DNA of 24,000 nt from Klebsiella phage VLCpiP4b: the sequence record ON602751.1, one strand, 5' to 3'. Under the pieces are notes generated by a model. It was not told the origin of the DNA. It saw only the letters and a program-made list of their open reading frames with translations, and ran no database searches. Both the position numbers and the translations under genes were made by a program. Of this stretch, positions 15,408 through 24,000 are shown one piece after another; the first letter of the stretch is position 1; every line of letters begins with the position of its first letter.

Positions 15408-16715
15408 ATGAGTAACTCTACAAAACTGCCCTTAAACGCTGGGCAGACTGAAGCTGCTGAAGGCTTTTTTGAATTCTTGTTTGATAAGCACGAGAAGGAA
15501 CTCAACATTAGTGGTGCAGGTGGCGTAGGTAAAACATTTACCATGGCTCACATGATTGATGAAATCATGCCTCGCTACCACAAGACCTGTCAGACTCTGG
15601 GTATTAAGTCAGAGTATGACGAAGTAGTAATGACAGCTACCACTAACAAGGCTGCTGAGGTACTGGCTCAGGCTACCGGACGTCCTGCCAGTACCTATCA
15701 TGCTTTCCAGGGACTAACTGTTAAGAACAACTTCTCTACTGGGGAAGCTGACTTAATCCCAGCTCGTAACTACTCAATCAAACACAATAAGGTCATCTTT
15801 ATTGATGAAGCCTCAATGATTGACCGTAAGTTACGTAAGTTCATTCTGGAAGGTACACACAACAGTAAGATTGTTTACGTTGGTGACCATGCTCAGCTGC
15901 TTCCGGTAAAAGAAGTGAGTTCCCCTGTTTATGACAGTGGAATCAAAACCTTTTACTTAACTGAGCAGATGCGTACCACTATCCCTGAGCTTCAGGCACT
16001 GCATAAACAACTGCGTGACACTGTAGAAGGCAAGACAGGTTTCCTGCCTATTAAGTGCGTGCCTGGTGTTATTGACTGGGTAGATGCAGATGATATGCAG
16101 CTATTGCTGGAACAGCATTTCACTAACAAAACTAATAGCCGTATCGTGGCTTACACTAATGGTCAGGTAGTTAACTACAATACCTACGTTCGTGACCTGA
16201 ATGGCTTAGCTGGTGAGTTTGTTGTTGGTGAAGAACTGGTGAGCAACTCAGCAGTTACTATCAGTAAGTCCGACCGCTTGTCTATTGAGCAAGAAGTACG
16301 AATTACTGACCGGGAACCAAGGACTCGCATGGTTCGTATCACTGATGATATCGAACTTGAGGTTCGTGATTGCACACTGGATACCGGTTACGGTGGCTAC
16401 ATTGAAGAAGTACCAATCCCTGTTGATTATGAGTACTTCAACAACCTGGTTAAGTTCTTTGGTAAACAAAAACGCTGGGACCTTTACTTTAAGTTAAAGG
16501 AAACATATCCAGAATTACGTGCAACACATGCATGTACTGTACATAAATCCCAAGGTTCCACTTACGACACCGTGTTTATTGATGCAGGTGATTTATCTAC
16601 CTGCCGTCAGCCGGATGTAGTAGCTCGTCTGCTATATGTAGCTGTATCACGTGCTCGTAAGCGTGTTGTATTTTATGGCGACCTTGCTAAAAAGTACGGT
16701 GGCTTAATTAAGTAG
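15408..16715 (+). CDS. SF1 DNA helicase, Dda/RecD-like, 435 aa
   Basis: Walker A GAGGVGKTFTMA, motif II VIFIDEASMID, motif III VYVGDHAQLLPV, C-terminal ACTVHKSQGSTYDTVFIDAGD and LLYVAVSRARKRVVFYG. Confidence 0.92.
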   Translation: MSNSTKLPLNAGQTEAAEGFFEFLFDKHEKELNISGAGGVGKTFTMAHMIDEIMPRYHKTCQTLGIKSEYDEVVMTATTNKAAEVLAQATGRPASTYHAFQGLTVKNNFSTGEADLIPARNYSIKHNKVIFIDEASMIDRKLRKFILEGTHNSKIVYVGDHAQLLPVKEVSSPVYDSGIKTFYLTEQMRTTIPELQALHKQLRDTVEGKTGFLPIKCVPGVIDWVDADDMQLLLEQHFTNKTNSRIVAYTNGQVVNYNTYVRDLNGLAGEFVVGEELVSNSAVTISKSDRLSIEQEVRITDREPRTRMVRITDDIELEVRDCTLDTGYGGYIEEVPIPVDYEYFNNLVKFFGKQKRWDLYFKLKETYPELRATHACTVHKSQGSTYDTVFIDAGDLSTCRQPDVVARLLYVAVSRARKRVVFYGDLAKKYGGLIK

Positions 16716-16723
16716 GTGGCCCT

Positions 16724-17254
16724 ATGGCTCAGATATCAGAAAAGAACATTCACGAAAATACCAATAGTAGTGCAATCGTTAAGCACCTATTTCTAGCTGA
16801 ACTGAAAAGGCTGGATGATACCCTGGCTGAACTAGTGCGGGAAAATGAAAACCTTCAGGGTGTATTTGATACCGTAGGTTTTCAGTATCAAGGCGAGTTT
16901 TACAAGGTTAGTAATGCTAGTCGTATTCCACCATACGGTGAAAGGCTGACATTGCATGACTCACTAGTAGAACGTATGCAACGTTATCTGGATAGGTCTG
17001 GTCGATTACTATGGGAATGTACCCAAGTTAACCAGATGGTGTTCAGACTGGTTCAAGGATGTACAACCAGACAGGATATTCGTGATGCTTTACCAGAGTG
17101 CCTTGTAGCACAAGACAAGGATATGGGACTTCAGACATTTGAGCGTACAAGGCCAGCTGCTTACACACTTAATGATGATAAGCGAGCTATGAAGCAGTAT
17201 GAGAAGATTTTACCAATCATCGAATACTACTCAGGGACTCATTTATTGTTCTAG
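16724..17254 (+). CDS. hypothetical protein, 176 aa
   Basis: ATG with SD taggtggccct between helicase and DNA polymerase. Confidence 0.75.
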   Translation: MAQISEKNIHENTNSSAIVKHLFLAELKRLDDTLAELVRENENLQGVFDTVGFQYQGEFYKVSNASRIPPYGERLTLHDSLVERMQRYLDRSGRLLWECTQVNQMVFRLVQGCTTRQDIRDALPECLVAQDKDMGLQTFERTRPAAYTLNDDKRAMKQYEKILPIIEYYSGTHLLF

Positions 17255-17262
17255 AGGTGTAC

Positions 17263-19845
17263 ATGAGACATGTTGTATTTGACCAGTCTGGGGAATATCC
17301 AGTAGCTATACTGGTACCCATGATACGGGCAGATGAAATTGTCAAAGAGTATCTTGAACCATGGGAGATTGATAAAGAGTCGGTAATTATTCTCGACTTA
17401 CATCAAGCACCTGGTAAAAAGAAAACTCCTGTGAAGGAGATTAAGCAGTATATCGAAGACGAACTTCTGCCCGTACTGAAGCAATCAAAAACTAATTACG
17501 TTATCTGTGGAGACAGTGAGTACTTTAAAGTACTTACTAAGTCTGCCAAAGCTGAAGCTTGCTTAGGCTACGTAATGGATTGTCAGTACGACCCTGATAT
17601 TAAAGTTGTTTACGTGCCTAACTACAGGCAGGTTTTCTATGACCCGCCTAAGATAAAAGCCAAGATTGCTCAGGGCATTTCTGCATTAGTAGATTATGTA
17701 ACTGACAGTTATGTAGAACCAGGCACAACTATCATTGAATACGCTGACTATCCTAAAACTCCTGAAGCTATTCAGGCGTGGTTGGATACATTGCTGGAGC
17801 AGCAAGTACCACTGGCAATAGACATCGAAGCCTTTGACCTGAAGCATTATAACGCAGGCATTGGTACCATAACGATGTGCTGGAGTAAGACCCAGGGGAT
17901 TGCATTCCCTGTGGATTATAAGCCCATTGAGGGAGCTACAGAGGCTCCATTTGGTGAGTATGTTCCTAATTTACTCGTTCGTACCATGCTACGAGAGTTC
18001 TTCCAGAAGTATCTGGCAAGAACCATGTACCACAATATCTCATACGACGTTTACGTCATGATTTATGTGTTGTACATGACAGACCTGCTTGATACAGACG
18101 GTCTGTTGAATGGTATTGATGTATTACTGCGTAACTGGGATGACACCAAGTTAATTACCTACCTGGCTACTAATAGCTGTGCAGGTAATAAGCTGGGCTT
18201 GAAGGAGCAGGCTCAAGAATATGCTGGTAACTACGCCCAAGATGATATCAAGGACATTCGCAGAATTCCTTTAGATACTCTGCTTGAGTACAACCTCGTG
18301 GATGGTTTATCCACCTGGTATGCCTATGAAAAGCACTGGGATAACATGGTTGCTGACCAGCAGCTAGATATTTACAACAATATCTTTAAGCCCGCTACGG
18401 TAGATATTATCCAGATGCAACTTACCGGTATGCCCATGAATATGGAAACGGTAAAAAAAGTTGCAAAGGAAATGGAAGATGACCGTAGTGCAGCATTAGC
18501 AGTAATTAAAAACAGTCCCATTACTAAACAGTTTGACCTGTTAGAAGGACAGGCTTGGGTAATAGAGAAGAACGCTACTCTGAAGAAAAAGCGAGTAACA
18601 CTTGCTGACTACGCAGATACATTCAATCCAAACTCAGGACTGCAACTGCAACGTTTGCTGTTTGGCATGTTGGGCCTACCTGTCATTGGTTTAACCAAGA
18701 ATAAGCAACCAGAGACTGGTGGCGATACCCTCAAGGACTTAAAGAACCATACAACTGATAAGGAAGTGTTAGCTTTCCTGGATGCACTTATAGACTACAA
18801 GTTAGTCGATAAGATAATCACAGGTTTCATGCCAGCATTCCTTAATGCAAGGCAGGGGCCAGATGGTTGGCACTATCTATTCGGTAACCTGAACTTAGGG
18901 GGTACCGTATCAGGTAGGCTATCTGCATCAGACCCTAATCTGCAAACTATTCCATCTGGTTCCAAGTATGCTAAGAAGATTAAATCATGCTTCGAGGCAC
19001 CACCAGGATGGATATTCTGTGGGTTGGACTTTGCATCACTGGAAGACCGTATTTCTGCATTAACGACTAAAGACCCGGAAAAGCTGAAGGTATACACCGA
19101 TGGTTACGACGGGCATAGTCTCCGTGCTTTTGCTTACTTTGGTGAGCAGATGCCGGACATTGTTAACACAGTAGAATCCATTAACTCCATTCAAACTAAG
19201 TACAAGGCACTTCGTGGTGAGTCTAAAGCACCTACGTTCTTGCTCACCTATGGTGGTACTTATATGGGGCTGATGAAGAACTGTGGCTTCCCAGAAGCCA
19301 AGGCCAAGTTAACCGAGAAACGTTATCACGACCTGTACACAGTTAGTGACAATTGGGTTCAGGCAAAACTTGACCAGGCTGCTAAGGATGGTTATGTTAC
19401 TGCCGCATTCGGGTTGAGAGTGCGTACCCCTTTACTGTACCAAGTACTACGTGGAACCAGTAAGACCCCTTATGAGGCAGAAGCCGAAGGTAGAACAGCA
19501 GGTAACGCATTAGGTCAGAGTTGGTGTTTGTTGAACAACCGGGCAGGCTCTGAGTTTATGAACAAGGTTCGTAAAAGTGAGTATCGCTTAGATATTCGCC
19601 CTAGCATTCACATCCACGATGCTCAGTACTTCATGATACGTGACAATATGGACACGGTTATGTATGTCAACGAGCACCTGGTTAAAGCTGTTCAATGGCA
19701 AGACCATCCTGATATTGCTCATCCAGACGTTCATTTGGGTGGGGAACTATCCTTGTTTTATCCAACATGGGCTAACGAGATTGAAATTCCAAACTACGCT
19801 ACGCCCGAACAAATAAACGATGTAATTCAAAAGGCATTTTCATGA
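17263..19845 (+). CDS. family A DNA polymerase with 3'-5' exonuclease domain, 860 aa
   Basis: Exo LAIDIEAFD and NISYDVYVM; pol motif A FCGLDFASLEDRISAL, motif B KALRGESKAPTFLLTYGG, motif C SIHIHDAQYFM. ATG 17263 follows SD ctagaggtgtac; the track GTG start is at 17257. Confidence 0.93.
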   Translation: MRHVVFDQSGEYPVAILVPMIRADEIVKEYLEPWEIDKESVIILDLHQAPGKKKTPVKEIKQYIEDELLPVLKQSKTNYVICGDSEYFKVLTKSAKAEACLGYVMDCQYDPDIKVVYVPNYRQVFYDPPKIKAKIAQGISALVDYVTDSYVEPGTTIIEYADYPKTPEAIQAWLDTLLEQQVPLAIDIEAFDLKHYNAGIGTITMCWSKTQGIAFPVDYKPIEGATEAPFGEYVPNLLVRTMLREFFQKYLARTMYHNISYDVYVMIYVLYMTDLLDTDGLLNGIDVLLRNWDDTKLITYLATNSCAGNKLGLKEQAQEYAGNYAQDDIKDIRRIPLDTLLEYNLVDGLSTWYAYEKHWDNMVADQQLDIYNNIFKPATVDIIQMQLTGMPMNMETVKKVAKEMEDDRSAALAVIKNSPITKQFDLLEGQAWVIEKNATLKKKRVTLADYADTFNPNSGLQLQRLLFGMLGLPVIGLTKNKQPETGGDTLKDLKNHTTDKEVLAFLDALIDYKLVDKIITGFMPAFLNARQGPDGWHYLFGNLNLGGTVSGRLSASDPNLQTIPSGSKYAKKIKSCFEAPPGWIFCGLDFASLEDRISALTTKDPEKLKVYTDGYDGHSLRAFAYFGEQMPDIVNTVESINSIQTKYKALRGESKAPTFLLTYGGTYMGLMKNCGFPEAKAKLTEKRYHDLYTVSDNWVQAKLDQAAKDGYVTAAFGLRVRTPLLYQVLRGTSKTPYEAEAEGRTAGNALGQSWCLLNNRAGSEFMNKVRKSEYRLDIRPSIHIHDAQYFMIRDNMDTVMYVNEHLVKAVQWQDHPDIAHPDVHLGGELSLFYPTWANEIEIPNYATPEQINDVIQKAFS

Positions 19846-20141
19846 CTGAACAAAAAGCTATGTACCACTGGTTAGTATCAGCTCAGGTAGTCTTTCAAAA
19901 CAAAGACGCTTCAGATGGTGGTGTTGTACCCATCAACGCAGTACTGCTGACTGAGAAGCCGGTTGTAAATGCCCAGGCTCTTGCACAAGCCCAACGTACA
20001 GTGACGGCTAACATGCAGGAACGCTTCCAAGACCCAGATATGGGTATTGTCGATATCGTGTTCCTCGCCTTTAACAACCTGGGTTTGATGACTCGTGAAG
20101 AGTTCAACCCAGACAACGCAGTCAAACCTGCTAAAGGATAA
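19842..20141 (+). CDS. hypothetical protein, 99 aa
   Basis: ATGA overlap with the polymerase stop. Confidence 0.75.
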   Translation: MTEQKAMYHWLVSAQVVFQNKDASDGGVVPINAVLLTEKPVVNAQALAQAQRTVTANMQERFQDPDMGIVDIVFLAFNNLGLMTREEFNPDNAVKPAKG

Positions 20142-20144
20142 CTT

Positions 20145-20573
20145 ATGAACCAGGAATTAACTGGAGGTAAGGTTAATTACTACCTGGTTCAAGTGGAAGC
20201 TCCTCAACGTGAGGAGCAACCTCCTTACCAGGCAGAGTGTGAGGATATCATCCAAGCACTGGATATGACCTTTGATGAAGGCTGTCTGTTCAAAGCCCTG
20301 TGGCGTAATGCTAATGCTCGTAAGAACAACGGTAAACCAGGTCAGTCTGCTAAGTACGACGCAGAGAAGATGGTGCATTACGCTGGGCGTATTCTTAAAC
20401 AGGAATCTCAGCAAAGCAAAGCTGTTTCTGCTAAGAGTAGCAATAGGCTTGTATCAAACAACGCCTTAATAGCTGCCGTCTATAAAGACGGGAGAATGGT
20501 TACCAACTACTTTAGTTACATTGATTGGAATAAGGTAGTTAAGTGGGAGGTGGTAAATGAAAATAACCAATAA
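20145..20573 (+). CDS. hypothetical protein, 142 aa, weak DUF3310-like pattern
   Basis: ATG with SD aaaggataactt; YQAECEDIIQALDMTFDEGCLFKALWR...KYDAEKMVHYAGRIL recalls the DUF3310 EC.di...G...KY..R...K...DL.KA..Y pattern. Confidence 0.7.
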   Translation: MNQELTGGKVNYYLVQVEAPQREEQPPYQAECEDIIQALDMTFDEGCLFKALWRNANARKNNGKPGQSAKYDAEKMVHYAGRILKQESQQSKAVSAKSSNRLVSNNALIAAVYKDGRMVTNYFSYIDWNKVVKWEVVNENNQ

Positions 20574-21528
20574 CCACAACGTATCCCTGCCATTGGCAGT
20601 ATGGCTTATGCATGACGAGTATGACTATGTTAATGAGAAGAAGTATATCTCAGCGACTACTCTGCTTAAGCCACTTAAGCATATTGTCATGGCTCACCGT
20701 GTGGACAAATCCAAGCTTTCTATGGATATCATGGACCTGGTATCTACCTCAATGGGTAGTGGGTTACATGGTTCCATTGAGAAAGCCTGGTATGAAGGCC
20801 ACCAGCAGGCACTGGCTAAGCTGGGTTATCCCAAGAAGGTAGTCGAGTCCGTAGTCATTAACCCAACCGAAGAAGACTTTGCTAAGAACCCGGATATCAT
20901 CCCCGTTTATATTGAGCAACGTGCTACCAAGAAAATTGGTGGTTGGACTATTGGTGGTAAGTTCGACATTGTCACCGAAGGCTTATTGCAGGATGTTAAG
21001 TCCACTTCGACCTACACCTGGACTAACGGTGGCCGTGATGATGAGCACCAGATGCAGGGTAGTATCTATCGTTGGTTGCACGATACCAAGATTACAGAAG
21101 ATATTATCCGCATTAACTACATCTTTACGGACTGGCAAAAAGCATTAGCCAAGCCTGACTCAAACTATCCTCAGCATCGTGTAATGCACAAAGACATCCC
21201 ACTGCTTTCTTATAAAGCAACTGAAGAGTGGATTAAGCGTAAGCTTGAGCTAATCGACCGCTATTGGGATGCACCGGAATCTGAGATTCCTGAGTGTACA
21301 GACGAAGAGCTGTGGAAGACCGACCCCGTTTATAAGTACTTCTCTGATGTAGAGAAGGCTAAGGAACCAGGGGCAAGAAGTACCAAGAACTTTACTGACC
21401 TGATTGATGCCAGAACATTCATGGCAAGCAAGGGTAAGGGGACAATTGTTGTTGTTCCTGGGGAAGTTAAACGCTGCAACTACTGCCCAGTAGCTACAAT
21501 TTGCAAACAAAGAGAGAGATACATCTAA
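20557..21528 (+). CDS. PD-(D/E)XK nuclease, RecB/Cas4-like, 323 aa
   Basis: GGWTIGGKFDIVTEGLLQDVKST (D...D.K nuclease core), C-terminal CNYCPVATICKQRERY Cys cluster; SD gggaggtggtaa. Confidence 0.85.
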   Translation: MKITNNHNVSLPLAVWLMHDEYDYVNEKKYISATTLLKPLKHIVMAHRVDKSKLSMDIMDLVSTSMGSGLHGSIEKAWYEGHQQALAKLGYPKKVVESVVINPTEEDFAKNPDIIPVYIEQRATKKIGGWTIGGKFDIVTEGLLQDVKSTSTYTWTNGGRDDEHQMQGSIYRWLHDTKITEDIIRINYIFTDWQKALAKPDSNYPQHRVMHKDIPLLSYKATEEWIKRKLELIDRYWDAPESEIPECTDEELWKTDPVYKYFSDVEKAKEPGARSTKNFTDLIDARTFMASKGKGTIVVVPGEVKRCNYCPVATICKQRERYI

Positions 21529-23675
21529 TGATTGACCTTACTGGAGTCACTCATCATCCGGCTCTTGAAGAAATCGTAGACGTCCTGTGTAACAAGACAC
21601 AGAACAACGACCGTGGTTTCTTCCGAGTGGAAGTGGCTTACTTCTTAGCAAAAATGGCATCCTGTATGGGTGCAACTATCGTCACTAAAGACCGTGGTGA
21701 TATTCCCGTTAATATCTACGCTATGGCTCTGGCAACTTCTGGCTTCGGTAAGGGTCATTCTGTAAATATCATCGAAGACGGTTTCATGATGGGCTTCAAG
21801 AAGCGTTTCATGGAAGACACCATGCCCACCATCGCAGAGAAAAACCTCTGGAAGATTGCCAATGAGCGAGCAGCTCGTAATGGTACTGACCAGCAGGAAG
21901 AATTCGAAAAGGTAGAGGCAGAGTATCGCAGAGCAGGTGCTTATCCATATACGTTTGACTCTGGTACACCACCAGCCGTTAAACAGTTACGGCATAAGCT
22001 ACTGATGGCTAACTGTGGTTCCATCAACCTTCAGATTGATGAAATTGGCTCCAACTTGCTTGCAAACCTGGACGTATTAACCCTATTCCTTGAGTTGTAC
22101 GACCAAGGTAAGGTTAAACCTAAGCTGACCAAGAACACAGCTGAGAGCGTCCGTGGTGAAGACCTGGAAGGTAAGACGCCTACTAACATGCTTTTGTTTG
22201 GTACACCAAGCAAACTGTTAGACGGTGGGCAGATTGAAGATATGTACTATGCGATGCTCGACACGGGATATGCTCGTCGTTGCTTATTTGCATTTGGGCA
22301 TATCGACAAGAAAGCATTTAACATGCTTACGCCAGAAGAAATCTATATCAACCTCACCAAAGCTAACAATAACCAGTTAGTGAACCAATGGGCTAATCAC
22401 TTTACGTCCTTGGCAGACCCTACCCATTTTGGGTGGAAAATGGCTGTTGAAGATGATGTGGGTATTGAACTCATTCGTTATAAGAGTGAGTGTGATAAAG
22501 CAGCAGATGCTATGGCTGACCACGAAGAGATTCGTAAAGCCGAAATGATGCACCGTTACTTTAAAGCTCTCAAGCTGGCTGGTGCATATGCATTTGTTGA
22601 CCAAAGTCTCATCGTTGAAATGGAGCATCTGAAGCAAGCAATCTTGCTTGTAGAAGAATCCGGTAAAGCTTTCCAAAGTATCCTCAACCGCGAAAAGGCT
22701 TATGTAAAACTGGCTAAGTATATTGCTTCTGTTGGTTCAGAGGTAACTCACGCAGACCTGCTGGAAGCTCTGCCTTTCTATCCAAAAGGCAATGCAGCCC
22801 GTAATGAGATGGTCACCCTGGCAACAGCCTGGGGCTATAAGCAGCATATCATTATCAAGAAGACCTATAACGAAGGTATTGAGTTCTATCGTGGGGAAAC
22901 CCTGAAGGAAACTGATATCAACGAGATGGTAATCTCTTATAGTGATAACTGGGCTTATAACTACTCAGGTGAAAGGGTACCTTTTGACCAGCTTCACGTA
23001 TTGACTCAGCACGAAGACATGCACTGGTGTAACCACCATTTCCGCAAGGAGCATCGTGCAGAAGAGAACGTTATTGCTGGCTTCAACATGATTGTTATTG
23101 ACGTAGACGGTACGATTAGTCGTGATATCTGCCATGAACTCATGAAAGATTATCGCTTTATGACGTATACCACTAAACGTCACACCGAAGAGGCAAACCG
23201 TTTCCGGCTCATACTTCCTATGAACTATTACCTGGAGTTAGACGGGGAAGAGTACAAGGAATTTATGAATAACGTTATGGCCTGGTTACCGTTTGAGACG
23301 GATGAATCAGCCAACCAACGTGCTAAAAAGTGGATGTCTTGTTCTACCGGTACTTACCACTACAACCTTGAAGCCCCACTTCTGGATGTACGTGACTTCA
23401 TTCCTCGAACCAGTAAGAACGAAGCTTTCCACAATCACATGCAGCAGGTGCAAAGCCTGGATAATCTCGAAAGATGGTTTGCTGGACGTATTGCAAATGG
23501 TAACCGTAATAACCACATGATTAAGTATGCCCTGGCTCTTGTAGACAGTGGTAAAGACTTCAATGAGGTTAGTACGTTAGTACATGCATTCAACAAGAAG
23601 CTGAGTAATCCACTCGATGCTGATGAGTTGAATAGCACTGTGTTGGTCACAGCAGCAAAACGCTATAGCTCCTAA
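21528..23675 (+). CDS. large replication protein: N-terminal P-loop/DUF3987-like ATPase region plus C-terminal AEP-like primase region, 715 aa
   Basis: ATG at 21528 with SD agagagagatacatct; P-loop-like ATSGFGKGHS; C-terminal MIVIDVDGTISR...FMTYTTKRHTEEANRFRLILPMNY resembles an AEP-type primase core. Confidence 0.7.
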   Translation: MIDLTGVTHHPALEEIVDVLCNKTQNNDRGFFRVEVAYFLAKMASCMGATIVTKDRGDIPVNIYAMALATSGFGKGHSVNIIEDGFMMGFKKRFMEDTMPTIAEKNLWKIANERAARNGTDQQEEFEKVEAEYRRAGAYPYTFDSGTPPAVKQLRHKLLMANCGSINLQIDEIGSNLLANLDVLTLFLELYDQGKVKPKLTKNTAESVRGEDLEGKTPTNMLLFGTPSKLLDGGQIEDMYYAMLDTGYARRCLFAFGHIDKKAFNMLTPEEIYINLTKANNNQLVNQWANHFTSLADPTHFGWKMAVEDDVGIELIRYKSECDKAADAMADHEEIRKAEMMHRYFKALKLAGAYAFVDQSLIVEMEHLKQAILLVEESGKAFQSILNREKAYVKLAKYIASVGSEVTHADLLEALPFYPKGNAARNEMVTLATAWGYKQHIIIKKTYNEGIEFYRGETLKETDINEMVISYSDNWAYNYSGERVPFDQLHVLTQHEDMHWCNHHFRKEHRAEENVIAGFNMIVIDVDGTISRDICHELMKDYRFMTYTTKRHTEEANRFRLILPMNYYLELDGEEYKEFMNNVMAWLPFETDESANQRAKKWMSCSTGTYHYNLEAPLLDVRDFIPRTSKNEAFHNHMQQVQSLDNLERWFAGRIANGNRNNHMIKYALALVDSGKDFNEVSTLVHAFNKKLSNPLDADELNSTVLVTAAKRYSS

Positions 23676-23683
23676 TCAGTAAA

Positions 23684-23718
23684 ATTGCAGTCTTTTGTTT
23701 GGTTTAAGGGACTGCAAT
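23684..23718 (+). promoter_or_regulatory. intergenic hairpin of unknown function
   Basis: attgcagtc (23684-23692) and gactgcaat (23710-23718) perfect 9-bp inverted repeat, 17-nt loop containing TTTGTTTGGTT, no T-tail. Confidence 0.5.
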
Positions 23719-23732
23719 CAAATGAGGTAATC

Positions 23733-24000
23733 ATGTCAGAAGAAATCCTTACCAATGATATGAACACGCAGCTTGTGTTAATTGTTGGTTATTCAGCAAG
23801 TGGCAAATCTGCCAGTCTGCGTAATATCCGGAACCAGGAACGCTGGTTATATCTGAACACGGAGGCAGGTAAACGCTTACCTTTCCGTAACAAGTTCAAT
23901 ACCTATAACATCGAAGACCCTTACCAGATTTGGGAAGCATTCGATGTTGCATCTCCAGGTGGTGAAATGGAGAATGACGTCGATGGTATCATCATTGACT
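23733..24000 (+). CDS. P-loop ATPase (RecA/AAA-like), 5' portion only
   Basis: ATG with SD atgaggtaatc; Walker A VGYSASGKSASL, VDGIIIDS-type Walker B near the window end; truncated by the window. Confidence 0.8.
   Translation, partial: MSEEILTNDMNTQLVLIVGYSASGKSASLRNIRNQERWLYLNTEAGKRLPFRNKFNTYNIEDPYQIWEAFDVASPGGEMENDVDGIIID

Noticed and set aside
16184-16497. Minus and alternative + frame ORFs inside the SF1 helicase
   Set aside because: Contained within a strongly supported helicase frame
23293-23520. 75-aa + strand alternative-frame ORF
   Set aside because: Nested out of frame in the primase-like C-terminus; no motif or convincing start
1-24000. Possibility of tRNA genes, CRISPR arrays, group I introns, integrase, transposase or att sites
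   Set aside because: No cloverleaf-like sequence, regularly spaced repeats, split genes or recombinase motifs were seen by eye; a tRNAscan/Infernal run would be needed to be certain

Overview
This 24 kb window looks like part of the early/middle and DNA-metabolism region of an N4-like (Schitoviridae-type) lytic phage. Every supportable gene is on the + strand, tightly packed, and often joined by ATGA or short overlaps. From left to right it carries: the catalytic C-terminal part of a split single-subunit (T7/N4 RNAPII-type) RNA polymerase; a block of small ORFs containing a winged-helix-like protein, an HNH endonuclease and three membrane/secreted small proteins; a MoxR-like AAA+ ATPase next to a HExxH/VWA-like protein; a dCTP deaminase-like protein; ThyX; rIIA-like GHKL and rIIB-like proteins; an HTH protein; a MazG-like protein; a Dda/RecD-like SF1 helicase; a family A DNA polymerase; a DUF3310-like small protein; a RecB/Cas4-like PD-(D/E)XK nuclease; a large P-loop protein with an AEP-like primase C-terminus; and the start of another P-loop ATPase. 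Five convincing Rho-independent terminators are visible. The observations I consider most worth following up are: (1) a ribosomal L7/L12 C-terminal-domain-like segment inside the rIIB-like protein; (2) a structured intergenic RNA with a loop-complementary downstream segment just before a terminator at 7681-7767; (3) the MoxR/HExxH-VWA pair; (4) a cassette of wHTH, HNH and membrane/secreted ORFs; and (5) non-terminator hairpins at 14547-14576 and 23684-23718, the latter enclosing a T-rich motif that recurs elsewhere. Family assignments come from reading motifs by eye, with no database searches. No tRNA, CRISPR array, integrase or transposase was seen.
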